Assembly (NCBI GenBank): GCA_032260385.1
Contig: JAVVEL010000001.1
Coordinates: 67,355 to 131,354, forward strand
Length of the DNA stretch: 64,000 nt
Direction of reading: 5' to 3'
Source: Bacteroidales bacterium
GTDB taxonomy: Bacteria > Bacteroidota > Bacteroidia > Bacteroidales > VadinHA17
The notes under the pieces are model-generated. The model was not told where the DNA came from and ran no database searches. It saw nothing but the letters and a program-made list of their open reading frames with translations. Positions within the stretch are counted from its first letter, which is position 1, and each line of letters starts with the position of its first letter. Of this stretch, positions 38,269 to 46,889 are shown one piece after another. Made by a program: the position numbers and the translations under genes.

Positions 38269-38427
38269 ATGAGATTGTCGAAAAAATATGGAAAGAAAAA
38301 AAATGTGGAAGCCGCTATCATAGATTATGAAGAAAAGAGAAGGCGGAACCGCCGCAAAAGACTGGTTATCTATCTATTAATACTGTTCTCCGGCATAGTA
38401 TTATTTACACTTTTATTGCTTGCCTGA
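38269..38427 (+). CDS. Possible small tail-anchored membrane protein (52 aa), not in the ORF track
   Basis: An ATG at 38269 gives MRLSKKYGKKKNVEAAIIDYEEKRRRNRRKRLVIYLLILFSGIVLFTLLLLA*. A strongly basic stretch is followed by one hydrophobic helix. No homology is known to me. Confidence 0.25.
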   Translation: MRLSKKYGKKKNVEAAIIDYEEKRRRNRRKRLVIYLLILFSGIVLFTLLLLA

Positions 38428-38568
38428 TCCACTTAAACTGGAAGGGTGAAATTTCAGGGATTCGGAATAAGCCTTAAAATATCACATTGCCGGTTTTTAA
38501 AAATAAAAGAGAACATATTTGAATATTTTCTGTTATAGAGGAAATAAAAGATTAATAAGATAAAAAAT

Positions 38569-38973
38569 ATGGAACTTGAAGTTTTTTTTGGGGAAAATAA
38601 GAAAGTGAACGCGAAGCTGAATGGTTTTGTTATTCCCACCGATCAGCCAAAAAGGACCGGAGGTGATGAATCGGCTCCTGAGCCCTTCAGCCTTTTTCTT
38701 GCTTCCATAGGTACCTGTGCGGGGATTTATGTAAAATATTTTTGCGAGAAGAGAGGAATAGATTCCAGTAAAATAAAAATAATACAGCGTCATAATTTTA
38801 ATCCTGAGACCAGGATGATTGATAAAATAGAGCTGGAAGCGATATTACGTGAAAATTTTCCCGGGAAATACAGGACTACGCTTGTAAATGCCATGGACCT
38901 GTGTGCAGTAAAAAGGCATCTTATTAATCCCCCGACGATTGAAACCTTTACAAATCTTGACCGGCCTTTGTAG
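38569..38973 (+). CDS. OsmC family protein
   Basis: GGDESAPEPFSLFLASIGTCAGIYV matches the OsmC/Ohr fold with its conserved Cys. Length is 134 aa. Confidence 0.75.
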   Translation: MELEVFFGENKKVNAKLNGFVIPTDQPKRTGGDESAPEPFSLFLASIGTCAGIYVKYFCEKRGIDSSKIKIIQRHNFNPETRMIDKIELEAILRENFPGKYRTTLVNAMDLCAVKRHLINPPTIETFTNLDRPL

Positions 38974-39091
38974 ATACGCTGCATACAAGGTATCTGCCGG
39001 AATCAGCTAAGGGCTTTGCCTCACAGTGTACACCGTAGCCGGGGGTGAGTATTGCGACTCGGGCCAGCCATGGTGGAGTCTCAGACTTGTT

Positions 39092-39487
39092 TCATATCGC
39101 CGCAATAGCCTCAATTTCAATTAATACCCCGTAATGCAGATCCTTTGTTGGCACCACTGCCCTTGCCGGTTTACGTTTACCAAAGAAATTCCTGTACACT
39201 TCGTTCACCTTTGACCAATTAGCCATATCAGATATGTAGGCTGTTGTTTTCAGAATTTTTCTCCTGTCTGAACCTGCATCCTTAAGAATTGTTTCGATAT
39301 TTTCGAGAACCTGCAATGTCTGTTCTTCGATATCACCTTTAAGCGCTTCGCCGGTAAATGGATTCACCGGCAGCTGACCGGAAACAAAAATAATATCATT
39401 AAACCTCACAGCCTGTGAATAATGGCCCTTTGGTTCGGGGATATTAGGTGTGTAAAGTTCTTTTATCCTGGGATCTTTTTTTGACAT
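39092..39487 (-). CDS. ridA: RidA family reactive enamine/imine deaminase
   Basis: The pattern ...P.GHYSQAV..N..IFVSGQLP......ARA.V....LP....IEIEAIA is typical of YjgF/RidA, in 131 aa. Confidence 0.88.
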   Translation of the reverse strand: MSKKDPRIKELYTPNIPEPKGHYSQAVRFNDIIFVSGQLPVNPFTGEALKGDIEEQTLQVLENIETILKDAGSDRRKILKTTAYISDMANWSKVNEVYRNFFGKRKPARAVVPTKDLHYGVLIEIEAIAAI

Positions 39488-39506
39488 ATTAACAGGTTTA
39501 AAAGTG

Positions 39507-39538
39507 GTTGAATTGTTGAATTGCTAAGTTGTTGAACC
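39507..39538. repeat. 8-bp tandem repeat (GTTGAATT-like) x4 in the murA-ridA spacer
   Basis: gttgaatt gttgaatt gctaagtt gttgaacc. It is G-poor on the coding (minus) strand and ends 20 nt upstream of the ridA ATG. Confidence 0.85.
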
Positions 39539-39569
39539 GGGGTTTCTTTCTCATCTCCCTTCTCTAATC

Positions 39570-40877
39570 TCAGTCTTCCCTCACGATCTTCGCTCCCAGT
39601 GCATTCAATCGTCCGTCTATATCCTGGTAGCCCCTGTCTATTTGTTCTATATTATGTATTGTACTGCTACCTTCAGCTGACAGGGCCGCCAGCAGCAAGG
39701 CAACGCCGGCCCTGATATCAGGGGAGCTCATTGTTGTGCCCCTGAGCCTGAATTTCCTTTCAAGTCCTATGACAGTAGCCCTGTGGGGGTCACATAATAT
39801 TATCCGGGCGCCCATATCAATTAGTTTATCAACAAAGAAAAGCCTGCTTTCGAACATTTTTTGGTGTATAAGCACCGAGCCTTTTGCCTGTGTGGCCACA
39901 ACCAGGAATACACTGAGCAGGTCAGGTGTTAGCCCTGGCCATATGGCATCTGAGATAGTCATTATTGAACCATCAATATAAGTTTCTATTTCGTAACAGG
40001 TCTGTTCAGGGATAAAGATATCATCTCCTTTTTTCTCCAGCTGTATCCCCATGCGTTTAAAAGAAGCGGGTATTATTCCCAGGTTCTCATATGAGACCTT
40101 GCTAATGGTGATCTCGGAGCCGGTAATTGCAGCCATTCCAATAAAGGATCCTATTTCAATCATGTCCGGTAATATGGTATGTTCACAGGCCCCCAGTTCA
40201 TTAACTCCTTCAATATGCAGCAGGTTTGATCCTATTCCTTCAATTCTGGCACCCATTGACACGAGCATTCGGCATAACTGCTGAATGTAGGGTTCGCATG
40301 CTGCATTATAGATGCTGGTCTTACCGCCGGACAGGACAGCCGCCATAACAATATTTGCAGTGCCCGTCAGGGATGCCTCATCAAGATGCATATAGCATCC
40401 GCTAAGCTTTTTTGCCGACACGAAATATATTGATTTTCCAGCGTCATAGTTAAAAGTGGCACCCAGATTTTGAAATCCTGTCAGGTGTGTGTCAACTTTG
40501 CGCCGGCCTATTTTATCACCTCCGGGGTTAGGCATGCTGGCCTTGCCGTATCTTGCGAGAAGGGGACCAAGAATCATTACTGAGCCTCTCAGGGCAGAAC
40601 TCTGTATAATGTATTCGGGTGATTCAAGGTAGTCAAGGTTAAGATTAGCTGCCTGAAATGAATAAGTTCCTTCTTTAAGTTTTTCCACATGGGATCCAAG
40701 ACTGGTCAGGAGTTCGATGAGCTTGTTTACATCTCTTATGTCAGGGATATTGTTTATAATGACTTTCTCAGATGTGAGCAATGTGGCGCAGATAACCTGC
40801 AGGGCTTCATTTTTAGCCCCCTGAGGCTGTATTTTACCTTTTAGTTTTCTGCCTCCTTCAACTATGAACTTACTCAT
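39570..40877 (-). CDS. murA: UDP-N-acetylglucosamine 1-carboxyvinyltransferase
   Basis: 435 aa. GAKNEALQVICATLL and PGGDKIGRRKVDTH (Asp in place of the catalytic Cys, a known MurA variant), with EPSP-synthase-like fold patterns throughout. Confidence 0.93.
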   Translation of the reverse strand: MSKFIVEGGRKLKGKIQPQGAKNEALQVICATLLTSEKVIINNIPDIRDVNKLIELLTSLGSHVEKLKEGTYSFQAANLNLDYLESPEYIIQSSALRGSVMILGPLLARYGKASMPNPGGDKIGRRKVDTHLTGFQNLGATFNYDAGKSIYFVSAKKLSGCYMHLDEASLTGTANIVMAAVLSGGKTSIYNAACEPYIQQLCRMLVSMGARIEGIGSNLLHIEGVNELGACEHTILPDMIEIGSFIGMAAITGSEITISKVSYENLGIIPASFKRMGIQLEKKGDDIFIPEQTCYEIETYIDGSIMTISDAIWPGLTPDLLSVFLVVATQAKGSVLIHQKMFESRLFFVDKLIDMGARIILCDPHRATVIGLERKFRLRGTTMSSPDIRAGVALLLAALSAEGSSTIHNIEQIDRGYQDIDGRLNALGAKIVRED

Positions 40878-41503
40878 TGTCGCTTCGACTGGTATTTTTT
40901 CTTATGCTGATTTTTTTGTTTTACCGGCGGCTTTTTCTTTTTCGGACCAAGGAGGTCTTTAACATCAAGCAATTTCAGGTTTTCAGGGATCTTCAGTCTG
41001 TTATCAGACAAATCCCGCAGGTCTTTTAAAATTACATCGTCATTTACCTGGCTCCGGTTCCATGTTGCGGAAGCCTTCTTCATCTGGTTGGCTATAAGCA
41101 CAGTAAGATAATCCTTCTTTTCACCGTCCTCCATCTTGCAAGCCTCCTCTATCATCATTTCAATGATCCTGCCATAATGCATATATTTAACATCGCCCTT
41201 CTTATAGGCTATTGACCTTGGTTTTTCCAGCAGAATTTCTTTTGCCGGTGGTGGATAGGGGGCATCAATATCGAGTTCAAAATCTGCAATAATTGTCAGG
41301 TGGTCCCACAGTTTATGCTTTACATCACCTACATCCCTGAGGTTGGGGTTCAGATTGCCCATTATCTGTATTACTGACCTTGCAGCACGTGAACGCTCAT
41401 CCCTGTCTTTAATGGTTTTTATATGATCAACCATTTTTTGTACGTTCCTTCCGTATTCGGGAATTGCCATCCTCTTTCTCTGAGTGTTATAATCGTGGTT
41501 CAT
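40874..41503 (-). CDS. DUF4290 domain protein
   Basis: YNTQRKRMAIPEYGRNVQKMVDH is typical of DUF4290. The gene overlaps the murA start by 4 nt, the conserved Bacteroidota arrangement. Confidence 0.7.
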   Translation of the reverse strand: MNHDYNTQRKRMAIPEYGRNVQKMVDHIKTIKDRDERSRAARSVIQIMGNLNPNLRDVGDVKHKLWDHLTIIADFELDIDAPYPPPAKEILLEKPRSIAYKKGDVKYMHYGRIIEMMIEEACKMEDGEKKDYLTVLIANQMKKASATWNRSQVNDDVILKDLRDLSDNRLKIPENLKLLDVKDLLGPKKKKPPVKQKNQHKKKYQSKRQ

Positions 41504-41563
41504 TATTATAATTTTCTACAAAGCTAAGTATTTTTACTTGTAATTCTGAAAGTTATAGACTTA

Positions 41564-42073
41564 TTATTTTAAGAGTTCCAGCTTCCACAGAGCTTTCATG
41601 GCACGGTCTGAAAAAAAATCGCCTGATACAATAAGAGAGAATTTCCCTTCCCTTTTGTAATCATCCTTATCAATAATCATGGTCTCAAGCCTGTCGTTGC
41701 GGTTCATTATTTCGCTGAGCGAAAAAGCTGAGCGATACCCATCGGGTGCAGATGCAATTATCAGTCCGGTCTGTAGTGATCCGGCTTCAGGCTTGATATA
41801 AAGCTCAAGGAGTTCAGAAAGATAACTGCCATAAAAAGGATTTGCATCGTGAATGCCACGTCCACGACCGTAAAATATTAGGTCTGACTCCCTGACGGGC
41901 AAGTCTGCCGGGAGCTCCTCCAGTACAATTGCCTCTTCAGTGAATCCTTCAAGTTTAAGTGTCGGCCAGAATAATTCACCTGTTTCTTTCTTCTCGAAAT
42001 TACCCTGGCAGCTGCACACTTCTATGCTTACAGGATCAGTTATGTTACGGCATGTGAGAAGGTCGTTGCTCAC
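41564..42073 (-). CDS. Hypothetical protein (distant resemblance to the molybdopterin-oxidoreductase-like fold)
   Basis: 169 aa with a GTG start and no signal peptide. The ...DGYRSAFSL.EI... and ...FSLIVSGDFFSDRAMKALWKLELL patterns recall the Oxidored_molyb domain shape. This is a weak by-eye call. Confidence 0.3.
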   Translation of the reverse strand: MSNDLLTCRNITDPVSIEVCSCQGNFEKKETGELFWPTLKLEGFTEEAIVLEELPADLPVRESDLIFYGRGRGIHDANPFYGSYLSELLELYIKPEAGSLQTGLIIASAPDGYRSAFSLSEIMNRNDRLETMIIDKDDYKREGKFSLIVSGDFFSDRAMKALWKLELLK

Positions 42074-42199
42074 AACCAGTTTTGTTTATTGATGAAATCG
42101 GGATAAAGTTATTTAAATCTTGCTGATGAACTTTGATTTATATCATGAATGTCTGTAAAAAATATAACTTTGAAGGTTTTTTATTCAAAACCTGATACA

Positions 42200-43798
42200 A
42201 TGAGAATTATAAGCGGGACATTACTATTCCTCCTCTCTTTATCACTGGCAGCAACAGATAAATATTCCGGGAATAGCAATTTTGATGTAGTGCATTATGA
42301 GTTTACCATTTATTTATCTGACAGTTATAATATTATAAGGGGAGAAGCAAGATTAAGTATAAATCACACCGGCCCTACAGATAAGATTATTCTGGATCTC
42401 GTTGATCTTAATGATGATGGGAAGGGGATGAACGTTGAGGAAGTTAGACTTGATAATGAAGTTGTAACCTGGGTGCACAGGGATGACAGGATTCAGATTG
42501 ACCTTAGCAGTGTGAAACGCGAAGGGGAGACATCAAGCCTGTACATAAGTTATTACGGGATTCCCGCTGATGGTCTTATAATTTCGAGCAACAGGCATGG
42601 CGATCGCACTTTTTTTGCCGATAACTGGCCCGACAGGGCCCGTAACTGGATCCCCTGTGTTGATCATCCTTCCGATAAGGCCTTTGTTGACTTTATAGTC
42701 TATGCCCCGGAGAAATATAAGGTTGTCTCTAACGGTTACCTTTATGAAGAAAGCACCCTGCCTGAAGGAATAAAAATCACTCACTGGAAGGAGGGGATAA
42801 GTATACCAACGAAGGTTATGGTTATAGGGGTTGCCAAATTTGCCGTCCGTATGGCAGGTGAGGTAGGTGATACAAAAATCTGGACCTATGTTTTTCCTGA
42901 AGACCGCGAAGCAGGTTTTCATGATTATTCTGTTGCTACCGGGCCTTTTAAATGGTACAGTGAGAAAATAGGGCCCTATGCCTATGAAAAACTCGCCAAT
43001 GTACAGTCAAAAACCATCTTTGGCGGGATGGAAAATGCCGGATGTATATTTTATTCCGAGTCGTCGGTAAGCGGACAGGGAATGGCTGAACGACTGATTG
43101 CCCACGAGATTGCTCACCAGTGGTTCGGAAATTCAGTAACTGAGAAGGACTGGCATCATATATGGTTAAGCGAAGGCTTTGCCACATATATGACAGCTCT
43201 TTACCAGGCTGGCAGTGAAGGAGAAACACGACTCAGGGGCCTTATGAACATGGCCAGGCAAAGAGTTATAGCTTCAGATAAAAGGCAGCAGTCACCCGTT
43301 ATCGATACAAGCATTTTTGATTTTATGAAATTGCTCAATACAAATTCATACCAGAAGGGCTCGTGGGTTTTGCATATGTTGAAAAATGAACTGGGTGATG
43401 ATCTTTTCTGGGCAGGCATACAAACTTATTATGCCAGGTACCGTAACCGGAATGCTCTGACTTCTGACTTTGAAGAAACAATGGAAGATGTTTCGGGCCG
43501 TGATTTGGGCAGATTTTTTTATCAGTGGCTTTACAGGTCAGGACATCCCGAACTTGACATCAGCTGGACATATAACAACAGGAGAAAAGAAATAAATGTG
43601 CTGGTTGAACAGCAACAGGATGACACCGTCTTTGAATTTCCCCTGGATCTGAAAATAATTGACCGTGATGGTTCGCGGCTGGAAAGGATATTGGTGGACA
43701 AAAAGGTTCAGTCTTTTATAATTAAATCAGCAAACTCCCCGGATGATATAATACCTGATCCAGAGGTAAGGCTTTTATTTGAGCTCAGAAATGAATAA
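42200..43798 (+). CDS. M1 family metallopeptidase (aminopeptidase N-like), secreted
   Basis: GGMENAG, zinc motif HEIAHQWFGN and WLSEGFATY. The signal peptide starts at the internal ATG 42200 (MRIISGTLLFLLSLSLAA). The track start at 42149 is possible but less likely. Confidence 0.88.
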   Translation: MRIISGTLLFLLSLSLAATDKYSGNSNFDVVHYEFTIYLSDSYNIIRGEARLSINHTGPTDKIILDLVDLNDDGKGMNVEEVRLDNEVVTWVHRDDRIQIDLSSVKREGETSSLYISYYGIPADGLIISSNRHGDRTFFADNWPDRARNWIPCVDHPSDKAFVDFIVYAPEKYKVVSNGYLYEESTLPEGIKITHWKEGISIPTKVMVIGVAKFAVRMAGEVGDTKIWTYVFPEDREAGFHDYSVATGPFKWYSEKIGPYAYEKLANVQSKTIFGGMENAGCIFYSESSVSGQGMAERLIAHEIAHQWFGNSVTEKDWHHIWLSEGFATYMTALYQAGSEGETRLRGLMNMARQRVIASDKRQQSPVIDTSIFDFMKLLNTNSYQKGSWVLHMLKNELGDDLFWAGIQTYYARYRNRNALTSDFEETMEDVSGRDLGRFFYQWLYRSGHPELDISWTYNNRRKEINVLVEQQQDDTVFEFPLDLKIIDRDGSRLERILVDKKVQSFIIKSANSPDDIIPDPEVRLLFELRNE

Positions 43799-43804
43799 TG
43801 AGCC

Positions 43805-44215
43805 TTATTGCTTCCTTTTTTTAATGAACCTCACATTCCTGAAGCGTAAAGCGGTCCAGTTGTCATCAATGGATATCTGCCTGACAGGTTTAAAACCATA
43901 GGAGTTGAGAAGGCCCCAGCTTGAATCCCTGCTTATATCAGATTTATACTTATCTGTGCTTTTCTTTGGATATGCAAACCAGAGCACTCCGTCTTCTGCA
44001 AGATTATGAATGCTCTGAGGAACGGTTTCAGTCAGTTCTGACTCATATCTTGTGAAAATAAGACAAAATTCGTAGAGAAACTTTGGATCTATTTCCCTGT
44101 CAACCCTGACAGAGGGTCTGACACCTGTAATTTTTTCAACAAAGCCATTATTTGCATTAACTATGCAAATCCTTTCCTGTTCCTTATAGTTAAGTTTCTT
44201 TAAAAGATATTCCAT
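43805..44215 (-). CDS. Conserved hypothetical protein (DUF3052-like by eye)
   Basis: 136 aa. The pattern ...VLWFAYPKK...D..RD..W......G...V..ISIDDNWTALRFR resembles DUF3052-type proteins. Confidence 0.4.
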   Translation of the reverse strand: MEYLLKKLNYKEQERICIVNANNGFVEKITGVRPSVRVDREIDPKFLYEFCLIFTRYESELTETVPQSIHNLAEDGVLWFAYPKKSTDKYKSDISRDSSWGLLNSYGFKPVRQISIDDNWTALRFRNVRFIKKRKQ

Positions 44216-44224
44216 GTTTTTACC

Positions 44225-44247
44225 CCCTGCAAATAAAATTTGCAGGG
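44225..44247. promoter_or_regulatory. Perfect 10-bp inverted repeat (CCCTGCAAAT-AAA-ATTTGCAGGG) ending 10 nt upstream of the 43805..44215 gene start
   Basis: Read directly from the sequence. It could be an operator or a 5'-UTR hairpin. Confidence 0.4.
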
Positions 44248-44289
44248 CAAAAGTAAGAATTTTTTGTAAATCATATAATCATGATCATA

Positions 44290-44321
44290 TTTGCAGACCA
44301 GTAGCAATCTTCTTAACTTTG
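44290..44321 (+). promoter_or_regulatory. Candidate Bacteroidota promoter for the thiamine-uptake operon
   Basis: TTTG (44290-44293), 20 nt, then TAACTTTG (44314-44321). The predicted start site falls just upstream of the riboswitch aptamer. Confidence 0.5.
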
Positions 44322-44329
44322 TAATATCA

Positions 44330-44412
44330 AAAAAATGGGGTGCCTTAATATACGGGCTGAGATCATACCCTCTGTACCTGATACGGGTAATGCCGTCGTA
44401 GGAAAAGAGACC
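44330..44412 (+). promoter_or_regulatory. TPP (THI-box) riboswitch aptamer
   Basis: The conserved elements appear in the correct order: GGGGUGC (44337), CUGAGA (44357), ACCC (44367), ACCUGAUA (44376) and ACGGGUAAUGCCGUCGUAGGAA (44383-44404). Confidence 0.9.
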
Positions 44413-44451
44413 TCATTCTTTTGATTTAAGTTTAATAAAATCAAAAGAAAA

Positions 44452-46884
44452 ATGAAAAAACTCTTACTTATCTTTTCACTATTGTTTCTTATTGCTCTGA
44501 GTGCCTTTGCCGGGCAGCAGGAACAAAAATATATCCTCGGAGGGAAAGTGACCGATACTGGTGGGCGACCTCTTCCCGGTGCCACGATCATAATAAAGAA
44601 TACCTACCTGGGCACTACTGCAGGTGCAGATGGGACCTTCAGGTTTAAACCAATGAAAAATGGTAATTACACACTTGAAGTGTCTTACCTGGGTTATGAG
44701 CCTGTAGAGAAAGAGATAAGCCTGGACAGTGATGTTCACCTGGAATTTGAACTGCATGTAGCAATAATCCAGGCCGATGAAATAATGGTTGTTGGAACAC
44801 GGGCCACGGAAACCACACCTGTGGCCTACAGTAACCTTGAAAGAGAAGAAATTGAAAAACTTAATACAGGACAGGATCTTCCCTTCCTCCTTTCTTCACT
44901 GCCCTCCCTGGTTGAAACATCAGAGGCGGGAACGGGAATGGGATATACCAATTTCAGGATAAGGGGCACCGATCCCAGCAGGATAAATATCACCATTGAC
45001 GGAATACCTGTTAATGATCCTGAATCACAGCAGGTTTTCTGGGTTAATATGCCTGATCTGGCATCTTCAATATCTGATATTCAGGTCCAGCGTGGTGTCG
45101 GGACATCAAAAAATGGCGCTGCAGCCTTCGGGGCCAGCGTTAATTTGCGCACCGAAATGCCCTCCGACGATGCCTATGCGGAAATAAGCAGCAGTATAGG
45201 TTCGTTTAATACCTTCAGGGGAACAGTTAAATTGGGTACGGGATTGATAAAGGACAGGTTTAAATTCGACCTCAGATTGTCGGGACTGACAACTGATGGT
45301 TATATTGATCATAGCGGGTCTGACCACAGGTCCCTCTTTTTTACGGGCTTATATAATTCCGGGATAGGCACTTTTAAGGCAAATGTTATCCTGGGCGAGG
45401 AGGTAACAGGGATAAGCTGGTGGGGTGTTCCCCGCGAAGTGCTTGATACCGCCCGGACCTACAATCCCGCAGGAGAATATACAGATGTCTTTGGAACTAC
45501 AAGATATTACGACGATCAGAAAGATGATTATAAGCAATACCACTTCCAGGTACTCTACAAAAAAGCTCTTAAGAGTAATCTTCAGCTCAATGCTGCCTAC
45601 CATTTCACATATGGGGCAGGATTTTATGAACAGTACAGGGAAGATGAATTGTTGTCAGATTACGGTCTTCCCAACTGGATGGCGGGGCCCATACTGATTG
45701 ACAGGGTTGACCTGGTGCGAAGGAAGTGGATGCTCAATAATTTCTACGGGGGGATAGCCGATATCAAATACAGTAAGGGTAAAGTCAATTTCAGCATGGG
45801 TGCCGGATTCAATAAATATATAGGTGATCATTTCGGCCGGATTATATGGATAAGAAATGCGGGCTGGACCGAGAAAGATTATCAATGGTATTTTAACGGT
45901 GCTTCAAAAAGAGAAATAAATGCATACGCAAAAGTTGATTACATGATAACAGACCGGCTAAGCGCATTTGCTGATGCACAATACCGGAGTATCCACTACA
46001 TAATGGAGGGTGAGGATGATGACCTGATGGAACTGGGGCTTGATAAAAAGTTTAATTTCATTAATCCAAAAGCCGGATTATTCATTGAAATTGATCCGAA
46101 CCAGGATATCTTTCTTTCACTGTCTGTGGCCAACAGGGAGCCCACAAGGGCAAATTACAAGGATGCAAAAGGAGACCCCGCGGCCATGCCTCACCCTGAG
46201 ACCCTTTACGATCTGGAAGCAGGATATAAGCTCTCCGGGACAAACTTCAGGGCGGGCATTAACCTATATTATATGCATTATGATGACCAGCTGGTACCTA
46301 CCGGCGAACTGAGTAATACGGGCTATCCAATTATGACCAATGTTGAAAAATCCTACAGGACAGGGGTGGAACTGACCACGGCCTTAAAACCTCTGGAATT
46401 TCTTGAATGGAACTTCAATGCAACCTTAAGCCGTAACAGGATAAAAAATTTTGTAGAGCATTATTTAGATTATAATACTGTAAGCTCAGAAGAAGTAGCC
46501 ATGACCAAAGAACCTGGCGATGTCAGAATAGCCTATTCGCCGGAACTCATACTCCACAGTGACATTGCCTGTTACCCTTTTGAAAATTTCGAAATGCATT
46601 TAATCAGCAAGTTTGTAGGAAAGCAATATTTTGATAATACCAATAATGAAGACCGTACCATAGATCCGTATTTTATTAATACTGTAAGATTTGATTACAT
46701 TTTCCCCTTAAAAGGTTTTGAAAGGATAGCACTGCAGCTTCAAATAAACAACCTCTTTAACTCACTATATGAGAGCAATGCTTATGGTGGCAACTATTAT
46801 ATTGACGGTCAGGAATATACATGGGCATACTATTTCCCGCAGGCAGGTATTAATTACCTTTTCAGGTTGTCAGTAGCTTTCTGA
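44452..46884 (+). CDS. TonB-dependent outer-membrane receptor (thiamine-regulated, OMthi-like)
   Basis: Signal peptide, a carboxypeptidase-regulatory-like domain (GKVTD..G.PLPGATI...), a plug domain and a 22-strand barrel ending in F. It lies directly downstream of the TPP riboswitch. Confidence 0.88.
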   Translation: MKKLLLIFSLLFLIALSAFAGQQEQKYILGGKVTDTGGRPLPGATIIIKNTYLGTTAGADGTFRFKPMKNGNYTLEVSYLGYEPVEKEISLDSDVHLEFELHVAIIQADEIMVVGTRATETTPVAYSNLEREEIEKLNTGQDLPFLLSSLPSLVETSEAGTGMGYTNFRIRGTDPSRINITIDGIPVNDPESQQVFWVNMPDLASSISDIQVQRGVGTSKNGAAAFGASVNLRTEMPSDDAYAEISSSIGSFNTFRGTVKLGTGLIKDRFKFDLRLSGLTTDGYIDHSGSDHRSLFFTGLYNSGIGTFKANVILGEEVTGISWWGVPREVLDTARTYNPAGEYTDVFGTTRYYDDQKDDYKQYHFQVLYKKALKSNLQLNAAYHFTYGAGFYEQYREDELLSDYGLPNWMAGPILIDRVDLVRRKWMLNNFYGGIADIKYSKGKVNFSMGAGFNKYIGDHFGRIIWIRNAGWTEKDYQWYFNGASKREINAYAKVDYMITDRLSAFADAQYRSIHYIMEGEDDDLMELGLDKKFNFINPKAGLFIEIDPNQDIFLSLSVANREPTRANYKDAKGDPAAMPHPETLYDLEAGYKLSGTNFRAGINLYYMHYDDQLVPTGELSNTGYPIMTNVEKSYRTGVELTTALKPLEFLEWNFNATLSRNRIKNFVEHYLDYNTVSSEEVAMTKEPGDVRIAYSPELILHSDIACYPFENFEMHLISKFVGKQYFDNTNNEDRTIDPYFINTVRFDYIFPLKGFERIALQLQINNLFNSLYESNAYGGNYYIDGQEYTWAYYFPQAGINYLFRLSVAF

Positions 46885-46889
46885 TTATT

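Noticed and set aside
38974-39091. Possible SRP (4.5S) RNA or tRNA, because of a CCGGAA...AGC..AAGG stretch in a GC-rich spacer
   Set aside because: The residues flanking the putative GGAA tetraloop cannot form the conserved helix 8 (no GGC after the loop, no extended 5'/3' closing helix). No T-loop or anticodon-arm pattern for a tRNA is present. It is kept only as an unexplained structured spacer.
42149-42199. Longer start for the M1 peptidase
   Set aside because: The 17 extra residues precede an otherwise N-terminal signal peptide. The internal ATG at 42200 is more consistent with secretion, although the longer form cannot be excluded.
44313-44591. 92-aa minus-strand ORF
   Set aside because: It lies antisense to the TPP riboswitch and the signal peptide of the TonB-dependent receptor. 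It shows no coding features and is a shadow ORF.
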